From: Callorhinchus milii
Taxonomy: Eukaryota
Direction: 5' to 3'
Length of the DNA: 64,000 bases
Assembly: GCF_018977255.1 (NCBI RefSeq)
Contig: NW_024704743.1
Coordinates: 25,174,001 to 25,238,000 of the forward strand
This document shows, one piece after another, positions 25,700-39,170 of the stretch. The position numbers and the translations under genes are program-made. The notes beneath the pieces are model-generated. The model worked only from the letters and a program-made list of their open reading frames with translations, was not told where the DNA came from and did not search any database. Every line of letters begins with the position of its first letter. Positions within the stretch are counted from its first letter, which is position 1.

Positions 25700-26110
25700 C
25701 TTTTTGCATTGGATATAGCGTCTTATCACGTCTTCGAGATGTCTCAAAATGCTTCACAGGATATACTGTAAAGTGCATTGACTGTATTTTGTGGGCAAAG
25801 CGCAGCAGACAGTTTGCGCCCACAGCAATGTCTCACGAACATCCGTTTTGGGGGATTGTAGGCCAGGGTCCCTTGAGAAACTCCCTTTCTTTTCGAATAG
25901 TGCCCTGGCATCTTTAACATCCACCTGAATGGGCAGATGGGACCTGGATTTATTGTCTCATTCAAAGGATAGCACCTCTGACAATGCAACATCCCCCAGA
26001 GCACTGCCTTGGAGTGTCAGCATAGATTGTGATTCCAAGTCCCAACGTGGGGTTTGAACCCACAACAACTTTCTGTTTCAGAGGCGAGAGTGTTACCATT
26101 TCGCTCACCA
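25700..26110 (-). mobile_element. Deu-domain SINE, near full length
   Basis: The reverse strand has a head ggtaacactctcgcctctgaaacagaaag...gggttcaaaccccac, the Deu core and the shared tail. Confidence 0.82.
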
Positions 26111-29100
26111 GTAGGCATTTTGAGGTACCAATAACGCTGGTGCTCATATTTTGGATTCTTGGGGGAGTTAGTAAATATCAGGGTGCACATACTTAACACT
26201 CTAATAAGCCCACACTTAACCAAGTGCACTGTAACAGAGTTCTACTGAAATAATAATTATCCTTGCATTTACTACAGTGCATAAAATGTTGAAACATCTC
26301 AAGGCACTTTGTAGGGATTTCTATCAAACATAGTTACCATGTAGTTGTACGCAAATGTGGTAGCCAGTTCGCAACAGGAAAGTCCCAAATTTAACTATGC
26401 AGTGAATATCAAATGCACGTGGACGATTATTGGCAAGGATACCAGAAAATTCCCTTCTCTCTTACTATACCTTTGCCGGATCTTTATCATCAACCTTGAT
26501 TTAATCTGAAGGATGTCACCATTGACTTTGCAACACATCCTTCAGTCTTGTTATCACTGACACTTTTTTCGCTAATGGCATAAGTGTATATAAATAATAA
26601 AAATTGTCGATACTCAGGGGTAGTAGACTAAAGTTGATTCGATTTTTAATCAAGTCGAAGAAAGGCTAGTAAAAATAGGGGAGGAGGAGAGCATTTACAA
26701 AAGTTTTTCAAAACAAACTTTGGTTGTTCCAGGAACTGTGGCTGCCTGTTTGCAACAATTGCCAAAAGTATTTTGTTCAGTGTCATATAACATTGTGCGG
26801 ATATAACCCTGACCAATTGGCTTGACTCCTGCATTAAATAGTCTGTCTACTTGGTGGACAATAATGCTGACTGCAGTACAGAAAGCAAATTCACAATGTC
26901 AAGAGCTTTTATTGTAGAGTTTGGCAGTGCTACACTGTGTTAGTTGGGATTGGGATTTTGATACACAGCTTGTGTCCTCTGCTACATAGTGCTACCACAG
27001 TAGCCAGTTTGAAATGCTTGTGAGATTATCCTGAATTAATGACCTAAATAACACGCTTCACATTTCTCTCTCTTTTTGATTCTGTACCGTTTAATTCCCT
27101 TACCCCTTAATATTGTGATTAAGCATTATTGGAGGTTGCTTTCCAAGTCAAAGATAGACTTGCTTAGTTTAAATGATTACTTTGTGTTTGACGGTGTTGG
27201 ATGAATTATGCCCTGCAATGGTATTTATGGACCTGTTGGACCTTGAGCACAATAGTGGAGATTTGTGGAGTGTTATGTAGAACATGACATGCTTTCTGCT
27301 GCCCTAAACAGAAGAATCATTCATAACCAGATCGACAACCCTCCTTTTTCTACATTTTCACTTGGGGCAGGTGTGAAACGCCACCTCAACACAAGTAAGT
27401 TAATACAAAATGCCACGTTGGCTATATTACATCATGATTCATCCAAATGAATCTGAGCTGGGAGAAAGGGTAGATGTGGCAATGAGAAGCAAGGCATTTG
27501 GGAATCTAGGGTGTGGAAAATGACATTAAATTAAATTCAAGTTTACTTTGTGCGCTCTTTTATTGGGCATTTGCCGTCTGATGTGTGTGGCTTGGCAGAA
27601 AGACCAAAGTTTTAAATGGAGTCTTCCAGGAACTCAGTCCCTTGAGGTCTGTTTAGGCCAGCGCCAAAGCTTCAAGGGAAGTATTGTAAAAATGTGTAGT
27701 AGTGGATTGTATCAGGAAGGAATGATTCCTATAGGTAGTTGGATCCGTTGGCTGGGAGGAAGGGACGAGATAGGTGGTTGGGTCAATGAACTGTGAGAGG
27801 AAGGGACATCAGGTCTGTGCATTGCAGGGTGTAGGGATCATCGGGGGGGGGGCAAGGTAGAATCTGGTGGACTATTAGTAGGAAACGACAAAAGGAGTGA
27901 TAAAGAATTCAACAGTATTAGGTTCTGGGAAAGAATGAGTTAATAAATTTAGCTGAGTTTAGATTACGGAACAGTGAGGATGTAGAGAAAAGGAAGAGAG
28001 AGTGTGAGAGAGTGCATTTGAAGCTTGGGAGAAATTAGAGAGAATTAAAAGGAGCAAAGGCCATCATGACATCAATATCAGAGATACAGATGTTGTGTGT
28101 TACCACAAGGCTCAGAGTGCTATATTGTATGAGGCAATATTTGGGTGTGAATGATTAAGGCTAATGAATGGCTGCTCAAGGGTGTACAAAACAGTTGCTG
28201 AATTGCAAACACTGAATACCCGCAGGTGCAGGAAAACGATCCCCTCCGCATACAGTGAGTGTTACCAACCGCCACTGCACTGAGCTACTGTCAAACATCT
28301 GTGGCAGACAAGCCAGACCAGCGCCTTCGCAATGCAGAAGATCACTTGGAGGGCAACACAAATTGCAGCACATAAATTATTATAGTTTTATGACCTGGCT
28401 GGCGATACTGCAGCAGGGTCCCCAGGTTCCCTGTTAGTGAGTGAAATACCTCTTTAATGTGCAGTGAATGCAGTGCAGTACCCAAGTGCCTGAGGCATTG
28501 CTCTCTTAGCTGCACTTTTACACTATTGCAAGTTGTGCCAAATCTATGTGGAATTTCTCTTTCTCTAGCTAATGCACATTACTCTCTGGTAAATGTTGTG
28601 CAATGTCCTCCAGGCCCAGGAAAATATGCTCCAGATGAAATATTTCTGTGGTTTACCCCCACCCACCACCCCCAGCCCCTCCCAAATCTCTCTTTTTCTC
28701 TCAATTCTCAGTCAAACACATTTCAGGTTTGCAGAAGGTCACTCTGGCATCAACATTCTAGTAAGTAATTAATGTGGATTCTGAAATGTTGCAGAGGGGA
28801 TGTAGAGGTTACATTTTCTATTCCCTCCCATCTCCATCACATGCTACTTTGTTGGTTTAACAGAGGGTTCCTCCCCCGCAAAACGTACCTTCTTATTTCA
28901 CAGTTTCTGCACAGAAATAAAGTTCTTAGACCGGACGGTTTCACTTTTTAAAACAACTCTCTCAGCACTACAGTACTGCAATATTGCTTCAAACGACTGT
29001 TTATGTGTAGCTTGCTGTGGTGTACCCATAACAGTGAGGTTATAAATAAATAATAAGAACGTATATTTGAAATAGCACCTTTCACATCGGATTGTGGTCT

Positions 29101-31289
29101 CAAAGAGCTTCACTGTAGGGTTTACTGTAAAGTGCAGTTTTGTAGGTGAATGGTACAGGTTTAAAGAGGAATGCACTGACAATTGCTCAGTGCCTAGCTG
29201 TTCATGGTGGCCGTGGCGGGGGTGGAAGTAGGAGAACAGGAAGCATCTGAACGAGAAAATTAGGCTAATGCTTCCTTCAGTTTCTGTGCTTGCCCGGCAT
29301 TTTCTGTCTGTATTTGTTGCCAGTGCACCTCAAATTAGTTGATAACCGATGCTTGATTCATGCGGTGCAGGGAACTAGATTTACAGTGCGTTCTCAGCAG
29401 GGGTGCTCACAGCAGGTGACACTCCTTACAACCACATTCTTTCTTGTTGCGCCCAGGTCTTGGTTTCTTCTTCACCACTCGTGTTTGTAACAGCACATTA
29501 TGTGACAGAATAGAACCAGATACCCCAGTGCACTTGTGCTCACTGCTGGAGCCCCTGAACCAGGCCTACAGTGAAATAAGGGAGAGGGGAGATGAGACTG
29601 AGGACCCTGCCTGACTGTAAGGTGATTTGACTCATCTGCTTCCTTGGATTTTCTGCTTGTATTTTGGTACGTTCCAGTGAGGAATGTGCTCATGGGTCGC
29701 TGGGCACCGAGACATCACGGTGATGTCATTGCGTATGGCAAACAGTGGCCCAACAGATAGCACAAACCCAACTTATTGGTCCTTTGCTACTAAATACATC
29801 AGACGACTGACTGTAAAACACAATTTTTGGATCCAGATGGAAGATGAAATACAGTAGTTCCAGCAATTGGCATCCAGCCTGTATAGTATAGACAAATGTT
29901 GGGTTTATGAAATGTTCATACTGTGTGACTTAACTGTGAAAAATGCCCCAAAAATCTACTCTCTGGAGATATCAAAATCTGAGCTATTTAAACTAACCTG
30001 AACGCATGGTGCTTACCAGTCTGTTATTACTGGTGATGGTCATTTGGTAATTTGAGACAACAAATTTAAAGCATCGTGATTGAAGAGCGCAGTGCCCAAA
30101 ACCGAATCAGGATCAGTGCAATAAATAAACCGAGTGACAGCACTGGTGCCAATTTGGGATCAGATGACATTCAGGATCTTTATGTTTGCCATTACATGAT
30201 AACATTAGCAACACCTCAATTGGATTATAGCATAACATTTATTATGTATCCTGAAGGCTGAGTTTAGAAAGGTCGCGCCCAAGTATCTCAGTGACCTGCT
30301 ACAACCCATCTATCTTGCCTTCAGATGAATCGAGTCTTTCAGAATTAAATCACTGCAATATTGCAAAAAGCTGTGTGTATGAGCTGCTCTGTAAATCTAC
30401 TATCATGAGATTTATACACTGTCCACATCTATAATCACTGAATGTTTCGGCTTTTGGAAGGAGTGATTTTGCCAGATACTAGATATACCAGAGAGTAAAG
30501 CACTTTTGATAACAGAAAGGAAGCCACAGAAAAGATATGTGACCTCCACAATCAGATTGTAGGCCTTAAGATAAAGATTTCAACTGCAGTCCAGAATATG
30601 AATATAAAGGAATCAATAATGCAATGGCTGGTTTGGTACCTGCGGCTAGACAGCACACTGCTGCTATTAATGTAATTGAGTTTCCAAAATCAATTTGCAA
30701 TATGAAAACTACTTCAGTTACTCCATTCCCTTCCATTGGTTGGAGCGTTGCTTCACTACATTGCTTCTGACAAATACATCTGCCCTGGTCATTTTTCAGG
30801 TGCAACACATGCTCTGTTCAATTATGATGTGAGCTAATGTGCTTTCCTGGAAGACAGAAGGGGATAAAATCAGGAAGGCAGTTTAGTTGGTGGTGTGCAT
30901 TAGGATATCCTTAAAACATGCAGCAGCTCAATTTCCTCCTCCACTTGCTTATGGTTTCAGCCAGCTGGAGAAAGAGTGCAGGGGAGGATGGTAAAGCATT
31001 AGTCATTCAAAGAAACCAAATGAGTTCAATAACGATTGTCCAAGGAGATCAGAAGAAAATTGTGATTTATCCCAAACCTGCTGTAATCGAGCCTCCGTTC
31101 TAATGAGCAGCAATCCTTGGTCAAGCGGGCGTCTTGAGAAGAAAATTCGTACATTGGCTTTGCTTGTGGCAAGTCTTTTAAAATAATTATTTTTTAATCT
31201 ATGACCAGGTGATGCTTCTCAGGGAGCAAGGAAAATGGAATTGGTGATCCTCAGCTACTCACATAATTCCTTCCAGTGACCCAGTGATG

Positions 31290-31460
31290 TCTGTAGAGCT
31301 CCGGGACAAGATCGCCTTGTTTCCATATGGAGTTGAGGAAGATTAAGGGGTGACTTAAACCTTGAAGTCTTCAAGAATTGCGAAGGGTTATGATAGGGTA
31401 AACAGTAAAAGATATTTACACTTTTTGGTGAGTCAATAACCAGAAGGCACAAATTTTAGA
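31290..31460 (+). mobile_element. CR1 ORF2 fragment
   Basis: RLRGDL...VFK and ESITRRHKF-like remnants. Confidence 0.6.
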
Positions 31461-31854
31461 ACATATAAAGAAACATAAAGGGAAAGATCAAAAAATATAT
31501 TTTGGGGGGTTAGTCAGGTGTCGCATGAATGCGAATATCCTTCATCATACTTAAGAACATTCAAGACATGAGCATTTCCACATATGTATGCCACTTACAT
31601 AACGAAAATTCCCTGTGTCTGGAATGGAATGTGTATTCTCTCATTCGAATGATGCATCCCTGCTTACCTAATTCCATTGGGTATTAGATTCTAAGGCTAA
31701 GAGACTCCATATTCATTGAGGTATAGTTGGAGTTTAACCACTGAAATCACATAGCTTGCCATTGAGTGCACTGTCTGGAAAACCTTGTTGCTTGTCCAGT
31801 TAGGAGCATCCTACCTGTTAGGGGGTTGGTTTGCAACCAACTGGGTGCAGAGAT

Positions 31855-32945
31855 TCTCCACCACGCTTGATTCCTTTGCCCTTGCCCTCACCTCCCGAAC
31901 CGCCTCCTACTCACGCAAATCACCCTGGTATGCCAGCTACCTCCACTCCCTCAAGGCACAGGTGGGTGCAGCTGAACGCACCTGGCTCAAGACCACATTG
32001 AAACTTACTGCTCCGCCCTCGCCTCCACTAAACTGTCCTTCTACTCCAAGATAATCTTGGAGGCCAAGGACAACCTCAGGATCTTCTTCTCCACCACCAA
32101 CCGGCACCTCCGCTCACCTAACCCCCCTCACTCCTCACCCATCCTCTCCTCTAACTCCAACTGCAAGGAGATGCTGGACTTCCTCGAGACAAAAACCGAG
32201 AGGATCCGCTCAACTGTGTCTGCATTTCCAATTGCTACCCCCTCCCCATCTCCCCCTTACACCTCGGCCCCTACCCATCCCTCCCTTCACCTTCAAATTT
32301 GTCTCTCCCTCTCTCCACCATTATGACCCATATGAAACCCACCATTTGCTCCCTCGATCCCATTCCTATCCCTCTCCTTACCTTCCAGCTCCACCTCCTT
32401 GTCCCTCTACTCACAGACATCATCAACCTCTCCTTGTCCACCGACACCGTTCCTACCCCCTTAAAAACAGCCGTCATCACCACCATCCTCAAAAAGCCTT
32501 CCTAGGACCCATCCCTGCTCTTAAACTATCACTCCATCTCCACCCTCTTTTCCTTTCCAAGGTCCTGTAATGATTCGTTGATTCCCAGCTTTGCTCCTTC
32601 GTCTCCCGTAACTCCTTCTCTCTGCTGCCTTTGACATTGTTGACCACCCTATGCTCGTCCACCGCCTCTTCTCTCACCTCAACCTTCATGGTTCTGTTCT
32701 TGATTCGTTTAGATCCTACTTCTCCCACCGTCTCCACTTTGTCTCCACAAATGGCTCCTCCTCCAGCCCCCGCACCATCTTGTGCAGCGTTTCTTAGGGT
32801 TCTGTCTTTGGTCTTCCCCTCTTCAACGTGTACATGCTCCTGCTTGGTGACATCATCTGCAGTTTTGGGGTCAACTTCCACATGTATGCGGATGACACCC
32901 AACTCTATCTCTCTCCACCCTCGACTCCAGTACCACCTCTGTACT
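31855..32945 (+). mobile_element. L2 LINE ORF2 (RT) fragment, decayed
   Basis: SPWYASYL...AERTWLK, CSLDPIP, VPTPLKTAVITTILKKP, LSAAFDIVDH and [12 protein letters not shown] motifs across frames. Confidence 0.9.
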
Positions 32946-33579
32946 GACAGAATGTCTGGGTGCACGAATTATTTTAAAATGAATTAAATACATGCTTGAA
33001 AAGGAAGATATGAATGGTTATTGGGAGTGAGCAAGAGAGTGGGGAGAGATTGGCTCATGGGACTTGCCTATTTCTGGGCCGTAAAAATCTATGATTCTAC
33101 AGCTAATTCTAGCATTCATAGATGTTAGGTACAGGAAGAGTGAGAATGAAAAAAAAAAAAAATTTTTTCACAGTTTTGAAGGAGAAGCAAACGGAAATGT
33201 TGAAGAATCTGAAATAGCTGTAAATTCTGAGGAACGGGAACTGTGTAGAGGAACATGTACTGTAGCACTGCTGTTCCCACAACTACAATACATTTTGTAA
33301 TCTTAGCTTTATGTAACTTGAGGGATTTCTAAAGTTTATTGTTCTTTCTGTTCGGTTTCCTGTTGGATTGGTTGTTGCAGAGATTTAATGAGATCAGCTG
33401 TTTCCCACATGGCTATTAGATCTTACTGAAGCCGAGGGTACGGGAACTCACATTAATTCTTAGAATACAACAAAACATAGGATTGTTTGTCTTGCTTTTT
33501 CGGACTAAGCTTCAGTACTTTTAACAATTGTTCAAGGTGAAACATGTTCCCACATCGAGACTTCTTCACAACCTAGAAA

Positions 33580-33905
33580 GACACTCCAGTGAAATGCTTT
33601 CCTCTACATCGTTGGAGTTACCATCCTTTGGATGGGACATTCACCCGAGGTCCTATCTGCGTGTTCACTTGCATGCTAATAAGCCCATGGCATTACTTGA
33701 AACGAGAAGGGAGTATCTCCCGCTGTCTTGGCCAACAATCCCCCTGATAAAATTGGTCATTCGCTTCATGGCTGTTTGTGATACATTGTTGTGAGCAAAT
33801 TGGTTGCTCCGATCACCAACAAGTGCCTCTTAACTGCACTCCACAGAAAATTTTAAGCGCTTTAAAATTGTGACAGGGTATGTCATGTGTGAGGATTATT
33901 TTTAT
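33580..33905 (+). mobile_element. Deu-domain SINE, degenerate
   Basis: ccatcctttggatgggac...ccgaggtcctatctgc...cccatggcatt...tcttggccaac, followed by the tail. Confidence 0.65.
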
Positions 33906-35559
33906 TAGGTTTTTTTGGTGCATGGTGTGTGCCAACATAGAGGAGAGTAATCTAACCTGAAGTGGATCCAGGACACTCCTTTGGGAACCTCTCCTATTCC
34001 CATAGCACAGACTAAAAGAGCCTCCAGTATGAGTGGCCACAATAAGATGGGGTCCTGAAAATGATCAGTTCATTTATTGCATGCACAACCAGACCCACAA
34101 TATCTTGCAGTCTCGCAAGACCTGCACTTCTCAATTCGTTTTGATTCAGCCCATTTTGACCTGCATCAGATGCTTATCCTTGTGCATGTATTAATACACG
34201 TAGGAGAGGAGGAAATGGAAGAGGAGAAACAAGCATGCGTAAATATCAGCTGAATGAATAAACTAGCCACAGATACCATCATACACTGATTTAGGAGAAT
34301 TTGCAAAGAGTATTTTGAGGATATAGTCAGTCCATTGCTTTGCCCTGGAATATTCCTGTGTCTGTTGCCTAATTCAGATTTTGAAATGATGCCAGTTTGT
34401 GAGGAGAGAGGGAGGGAGGGTTAAAGAGAGAGTCGTGAGATTTACTGGAAGTCCCAGTGTACTCTATTGTGTAATGCCTTTACAGCACAATAGGTTTGTG
34501 TCGATGTACTTTATAATATTAATGGACTCTGATCAGCAGCACAAGCACTCAGATTGGGTAGTACTTAGATTTTTCATAGGATGACAGGTTTATGTGATTT
34601 CCATTACAAGAAAAAAAGAGCAATTTGAGCTAGCCAGAAGGAATCGATTGCCTCTGTCTGTGATTGTGTATTTGCAGTCAGAAACAAGAGGCATTGCTGA
34701 GATCTCACACTCCCATCAGAGACTTTGACTACTTGAAAACCTTGTCAGGTTGTCTCAGCAGAGCGTGAAGTTCAAGAGGCAGAGGGCAAGATCAAGTAGA
34801 GTTCATGAGAGTTGGTCTCAGTTCCTGTTGTGGAGATTGTTTTTGGTCAGCCTGATGTCTGACACATGAAAAAAACCACCACTCTGCTTAAGAGTATTCA
34901 AACCAAACAGAGTTCCTTGCATCCCATCAATACATCGTAATTCCTAAGATATCTATTGGAATGGCTTATGCACTCTCTCCCTGGAGAGACACATCCTGCA
35001 TACCTAATTCCAGATAGTATTAGGCGCAGGTTGGCAAGAGCTGAGGGTTGGGGATCCCAGAGTGTGCATTGAGGTGCTGCTGGAGTCTAACCAACTAAAA
35101 CTGCATTGCTTGCTGCTGAGAACGCTGTCTGGAAAGCTTTCCCATAGCTTGAACACATGGGACAACCCTATGCATTAGGGTTTGGGCTTCCAGGGTTAAC
35201 AGGAGCTTAGAGGGAAGAGTCCTTGCCCCCAGTGACTGCTGTTTTCTTCCAAGTCCTGGCATTGAGCCAGGCTGGCTGGGCTGTCATCAGCAGTGCCCTG
35301 AAGTATTGCAGACCTGCATGGCTCAGGAATCGGACTAGCGAGACTACCACAGAGAGTGGGCTTGATTGTGACATTTCATTGGCAAACATTTCACTTTCGA
35401 GTTAATTCAGCTTTGAGGAAAGCCTGTCTACCTTCCTCTTAAGGAGGATAGTCACTGGTTAGTTATTGGACACCCAACAAAAATGTTATGGAGTGATGCT
35501 CACGCAAACTGAGCACATGGTGCAGTGAAATTTTTCCTCAATACAATTCTGGCAGCTAT

Positions 35560-35870
35560 TAGTTGGGGGAATCGGAGACAAGAAGGCATTTTGGCAAAAA
35601 AAATTATTGGAGGGGTTGGAAGGACTCAGAGAGTTGTTAGTTCTGTGGAATTTGTTACCACAAGTAACTATTGTACACAAGTAGATCTATCAAATCATTC
35701 AAAAGAGAACTGGTTAAGCACCTTAGCAGTAAAAAAAACATGCAAGGATATGGGAGAGAGAAGTGGAATTATTTTTTAAACCAAGTTGAATTAGAAAATG
35801 AGGTAGTATTGGCACAGACAAATTGTGCTGTATGGCCTTCTCTTGCCGATAACATTTCTGTTTCTTTGCT
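35560..35870 (+). mobile_element. CR1 3' fragment
   Basis: TQRVV..WNLLP and SIKSFKREL...MQGYG motifs, plus a 3'UTR-like ggcacagac...tggccttc. Confidence 0.7.
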
Positions 35871-37216
35871 TCTGATATTCATGTTAGACACTCAGTACAA
35901 AAAGGATGTCTATCTTATTAGAAGTGCTAAACTGTAATAATGATAGGGTGAAAAATGCCACAGTGAATGTTCCGTGATGCAATAATTTTGACCATTCTTG
36001 AAATTTCTGTCTCGTTCCATTTCAGTGCCGGGCCACTGGTTTAACTCAGCTTTTATAGTTAGATCACGACTTTAAACACTGAGCTAAGTCAGTAACTGAA
36101 CCTGCACTGAAATGTCACGGGCGGAAAATCCAACAGCAGCTGTGGGCTGCCTTCAGGCCCAGTCGTTGCGTGTGTACAGTGGTGTGTGTGTGTGTGTGTA
36201 CAGTGTGTGTGTGGGGCGGTGGTGGAGGGGGGAAACTCAGAGAGAAAGAGAGGGAATTCACCCGAAGCTGCATTAATCAGTGTTTATGGCTTGTTTTCTT
36301 TCACCCAAACATTAAGACGTCTGTTGATTGCCATTGTACAGATAAGCTATGATAAGCCGTGTCTTGCGACATTCTGGAGTTTTGATGACATGGTGAATAA
36401 ATCGGTGCATGAACATAAAGCTTCTTTGTATTACAATAAGCAATAATAATTCAAAGTTGGAAAAAATATAGTTTACAGACTCAGCTGGTTCAAAGCTCCA
36501 CCACCTCCACCAAACTCTGCCTGCACATCACCACAGTCCGCGCCAAGTTCCACCGTGTCCAAACAGATCTATTTCGAAGTCCCCACAATGTACCAACTTG
36601 TCCTCTCTTCAGACAGTCTGGGTTGCCCATATGTTGACTAGGTTGGTAGTGGGACAGGTGGGTAGTTGGTAGTATCCAGTTACCGTGGATACCTTTCCCC
36701 TTGTTGCTGCCACATGCAAAAATCCCAGAGCTTTGTCTTCAGCTGTAGTACCCTTTCTCCTCGAGAAAGTGTGGTCGGGTTATCCACACTGCATCCTTCG
36801 CACGTCGGTATTAAATCAAGTTGCTCGCGTTTGACAACTGGAGGATGGTGGATCATAGCCAATTAGAGCAAAGTGTCAGTGAGGCCTTGGAGGAAAAAAA
36901 TGAGTGAGGCAAGAAGGCAAAGGGATAGTGTGTGACTTCAGACCGCAGCCTGGAGGTGGGGTGGACTAGAATTGACGCCCAGGAGCAGAGACTGTAATGT
37001 TTGTAAGTGGAGTCAGTCATTGCTGCTTGGGTTTCATTTACCTCAGTAACAACTTCCCAGAATCTCACCTTTAGCTTCTTGCCAGTCAGAAACTCACTTC
37101 CAGCTGACGCAGTGCAGGTGTGTGTGTGTGTGTGTGTAATGAAGGGCACAAGGCAAAAAGCAATGAATTGCAGGGGAAAAAGGGCAATGACAGGCTCCCG
37201 AATTCAACATAGTTGG

Positions 37217-37551
37217 TAATAATAATCCTTGAGACGTCTCAAAGTGCTTCAGAGAATATACTGTAAAGTGAATTGACTATATTTTGTGGGTGAAACTTGA
37301 TAGCCAATCGCACACAACAGTTGTGGACTGAGTGACTAAACTAATATTACTTTTTTAAAAAAATTTGAAGGGATTATTACCCCCAGAAAGTTATCTGCCA
37401 ATCAACTGGAGACCAGGTTCCTACTTACTGCTACGTAAACAGAGATGTGTGGAGTAAGGAAACTCAAGGTTTCACCCTGACCAGGAATCGAACCCGGGTC
37501 CTCTCGCTTGTGAGGCGAGTGCTTGTGAGCACCAGTACATTACAGGACTCC
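37217..37551 (-). mobile_element. SINE family A, near full length
   Basis: The reverse strand reads ggagtcctgta...gcactcgcctcacaagcgagaggacccgggttcgattcc...gtttccttactccacac...tail. Confidence 0.88.
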
Positions 37552-38853
37552 CATGTGCTTATGAATAGTGGGTAGTGTTGTTTGTGAATTAAGTGGGTGG
37601 TGCCACAGATAGATTATTTTCTGCAATTTATTGTTCCTTCTCGTCAACATGTTCAGCTTGCTAGCACACATTTCTTTCCTTTCCCCCGAAGCTGCTGACT
37701 CAATGGTTGCACAGGTGCCAGCCACTCTCTGAAACACCCTCAAGGAACTATCTTCCATTATTTTGAGCTTCGGTGTCAGCTGGTTATGCCGTGGTTGTTA
37801 GAGAGGGAGGAGAAAGGAGGGGACAAAAAGAATCAAACTGAAAATCCATCCTGTTCAGAGGTACATGCACTTTCCACCAGGGATCACTGAAGAGCAATTG
37901 GGAGTAGGAATTAGAGCTGATTTTCTCTCTGGCCCTGCTCCCATTCCTGAGGTTAGTTTAGTCAGCACAGGTTCACACAAATTTACAAATCAGTCTTTCG
38001 GATGAGATGTTAAACCGAGGTTCGTCTGCCTGTTCAGGTGGATGTTGAAGGATTATTATTATTATTGAGTATCAAACCTGAGACCCTCCAGATCATGGCT
38101 CAGGGTCCACACTGCACTCCATTTACCACATGGGTCTTCAGGAAAGCTTTTGCCTAAGCACATTCCTAGCCTTTTTGTAAGCAGCCTTTATTGAGTGGCT
38201 TACATGTTCCTAACCTTGTCTCGAAGGCTAAAATGAGGACCAATTCGAACGCAAACTCTGAGCGAAGGCACAGTAAGTGCAGGGAGCATTTTATTTTTGC
38301 CTGTGGAGGTGGTACAGTGCATACGAATTTACATTTGTATAGTACCTTTCCCCTCCGGAGGACATCCCAAGGTGCTTGGACCTGTGAGTAGCAGGCCAAA
38401 GGGAGTCTCGACAACAGCAACTTGCACTTATATAGCTCCCTTCATGTGGGGTAATGTCAGGCAGTGCTGCAGAAGTCTGAAAACAGATTGGCCTTTCTGC
38501 CCTTCCTCTGTTACAAGCAGAGGTGTGGACCCAGGTCACTGAAGATTAGATTACGTACCCGGGAAACTACCGAAAAAAAGTGTGAAGCAATAAGTATTTT
38601 GCTTGATATTTTGTACTGGACATTAATTGAGCCCTAATTTCGTTTTCCTGGTCTCATAAATATGGGCTAATGGATCTGTATATGTTGGGGATAGCTCTAT
38701 AATCTCATCTCACACACAATGGTGTAGATACCTATTACAGTGCTCAATACAAAGCTGTACAAAATGCATTGGTCTTGCTTGATTTGCTTTATCGAGGCTT
38801 TGTGCAACTTGTATGAACATGACCTGAACTAAATGGATGAAAACAATGGTGCG

Positions 38854-38872
38854 TACTGCCCTCTGCTGGACA
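38854..38872 (-). promoter_or_regulatory. Candidate CTCF binding site
   Basis: The reverse strand reads TGTCCAGCAGAGGGCAGTA, matching the CTCF core consensus CCASYAGRKGGCRS at every position. Confidence 0.55.
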
Positions 38873-38912
38873 ATGTCAAGTTCAGATCTTCACTGAGTGC
38901 ACCAGGTGCTTG

Positions 38913-39170
38913 AAGTAAGTAGGAACCCGGTTGTTAGTCGATTAGCGGATCGCTTTCCAGGGGTAACAATCCCTCAACAAAAAAAATGTTGTCACTCAAT
39001 CCACGACTGTTTGTGGACCATTGCTCTATGCAATTGGCTGCACGTTTCGCCCACAGAATACATAGTCAATCAACCTTACAGTATATTTTGTGAAACGCTT
39101 TGAGATGTCGCAACGTCTGTGATAGTGATAAGGCCCTGTGTCAAATGGAAGGATTATTAATAAGGATAAT
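38913..39170 (+). mobile_element. SINE family A, 3' half
   Basis: agtaagtaggaacccggttgttagtcgatt...gtcactcaatccacgactgtttgtgg, followed by the tail. Confidence 0.8.

Noticed and set aside
29712..29728. Palindrome GACATCAC-G-GTGATGTC
   Set aside because: 8-bp arms are expected by chance in 64 kb, and nothing else supports it.
36170..36235. (TG)n and G-rich tract; also (TG)n near 37120, TA-rich tracts near 40705 and 41395, and poly-G near 21236
   Set aside because: Ordinary microsatellites.
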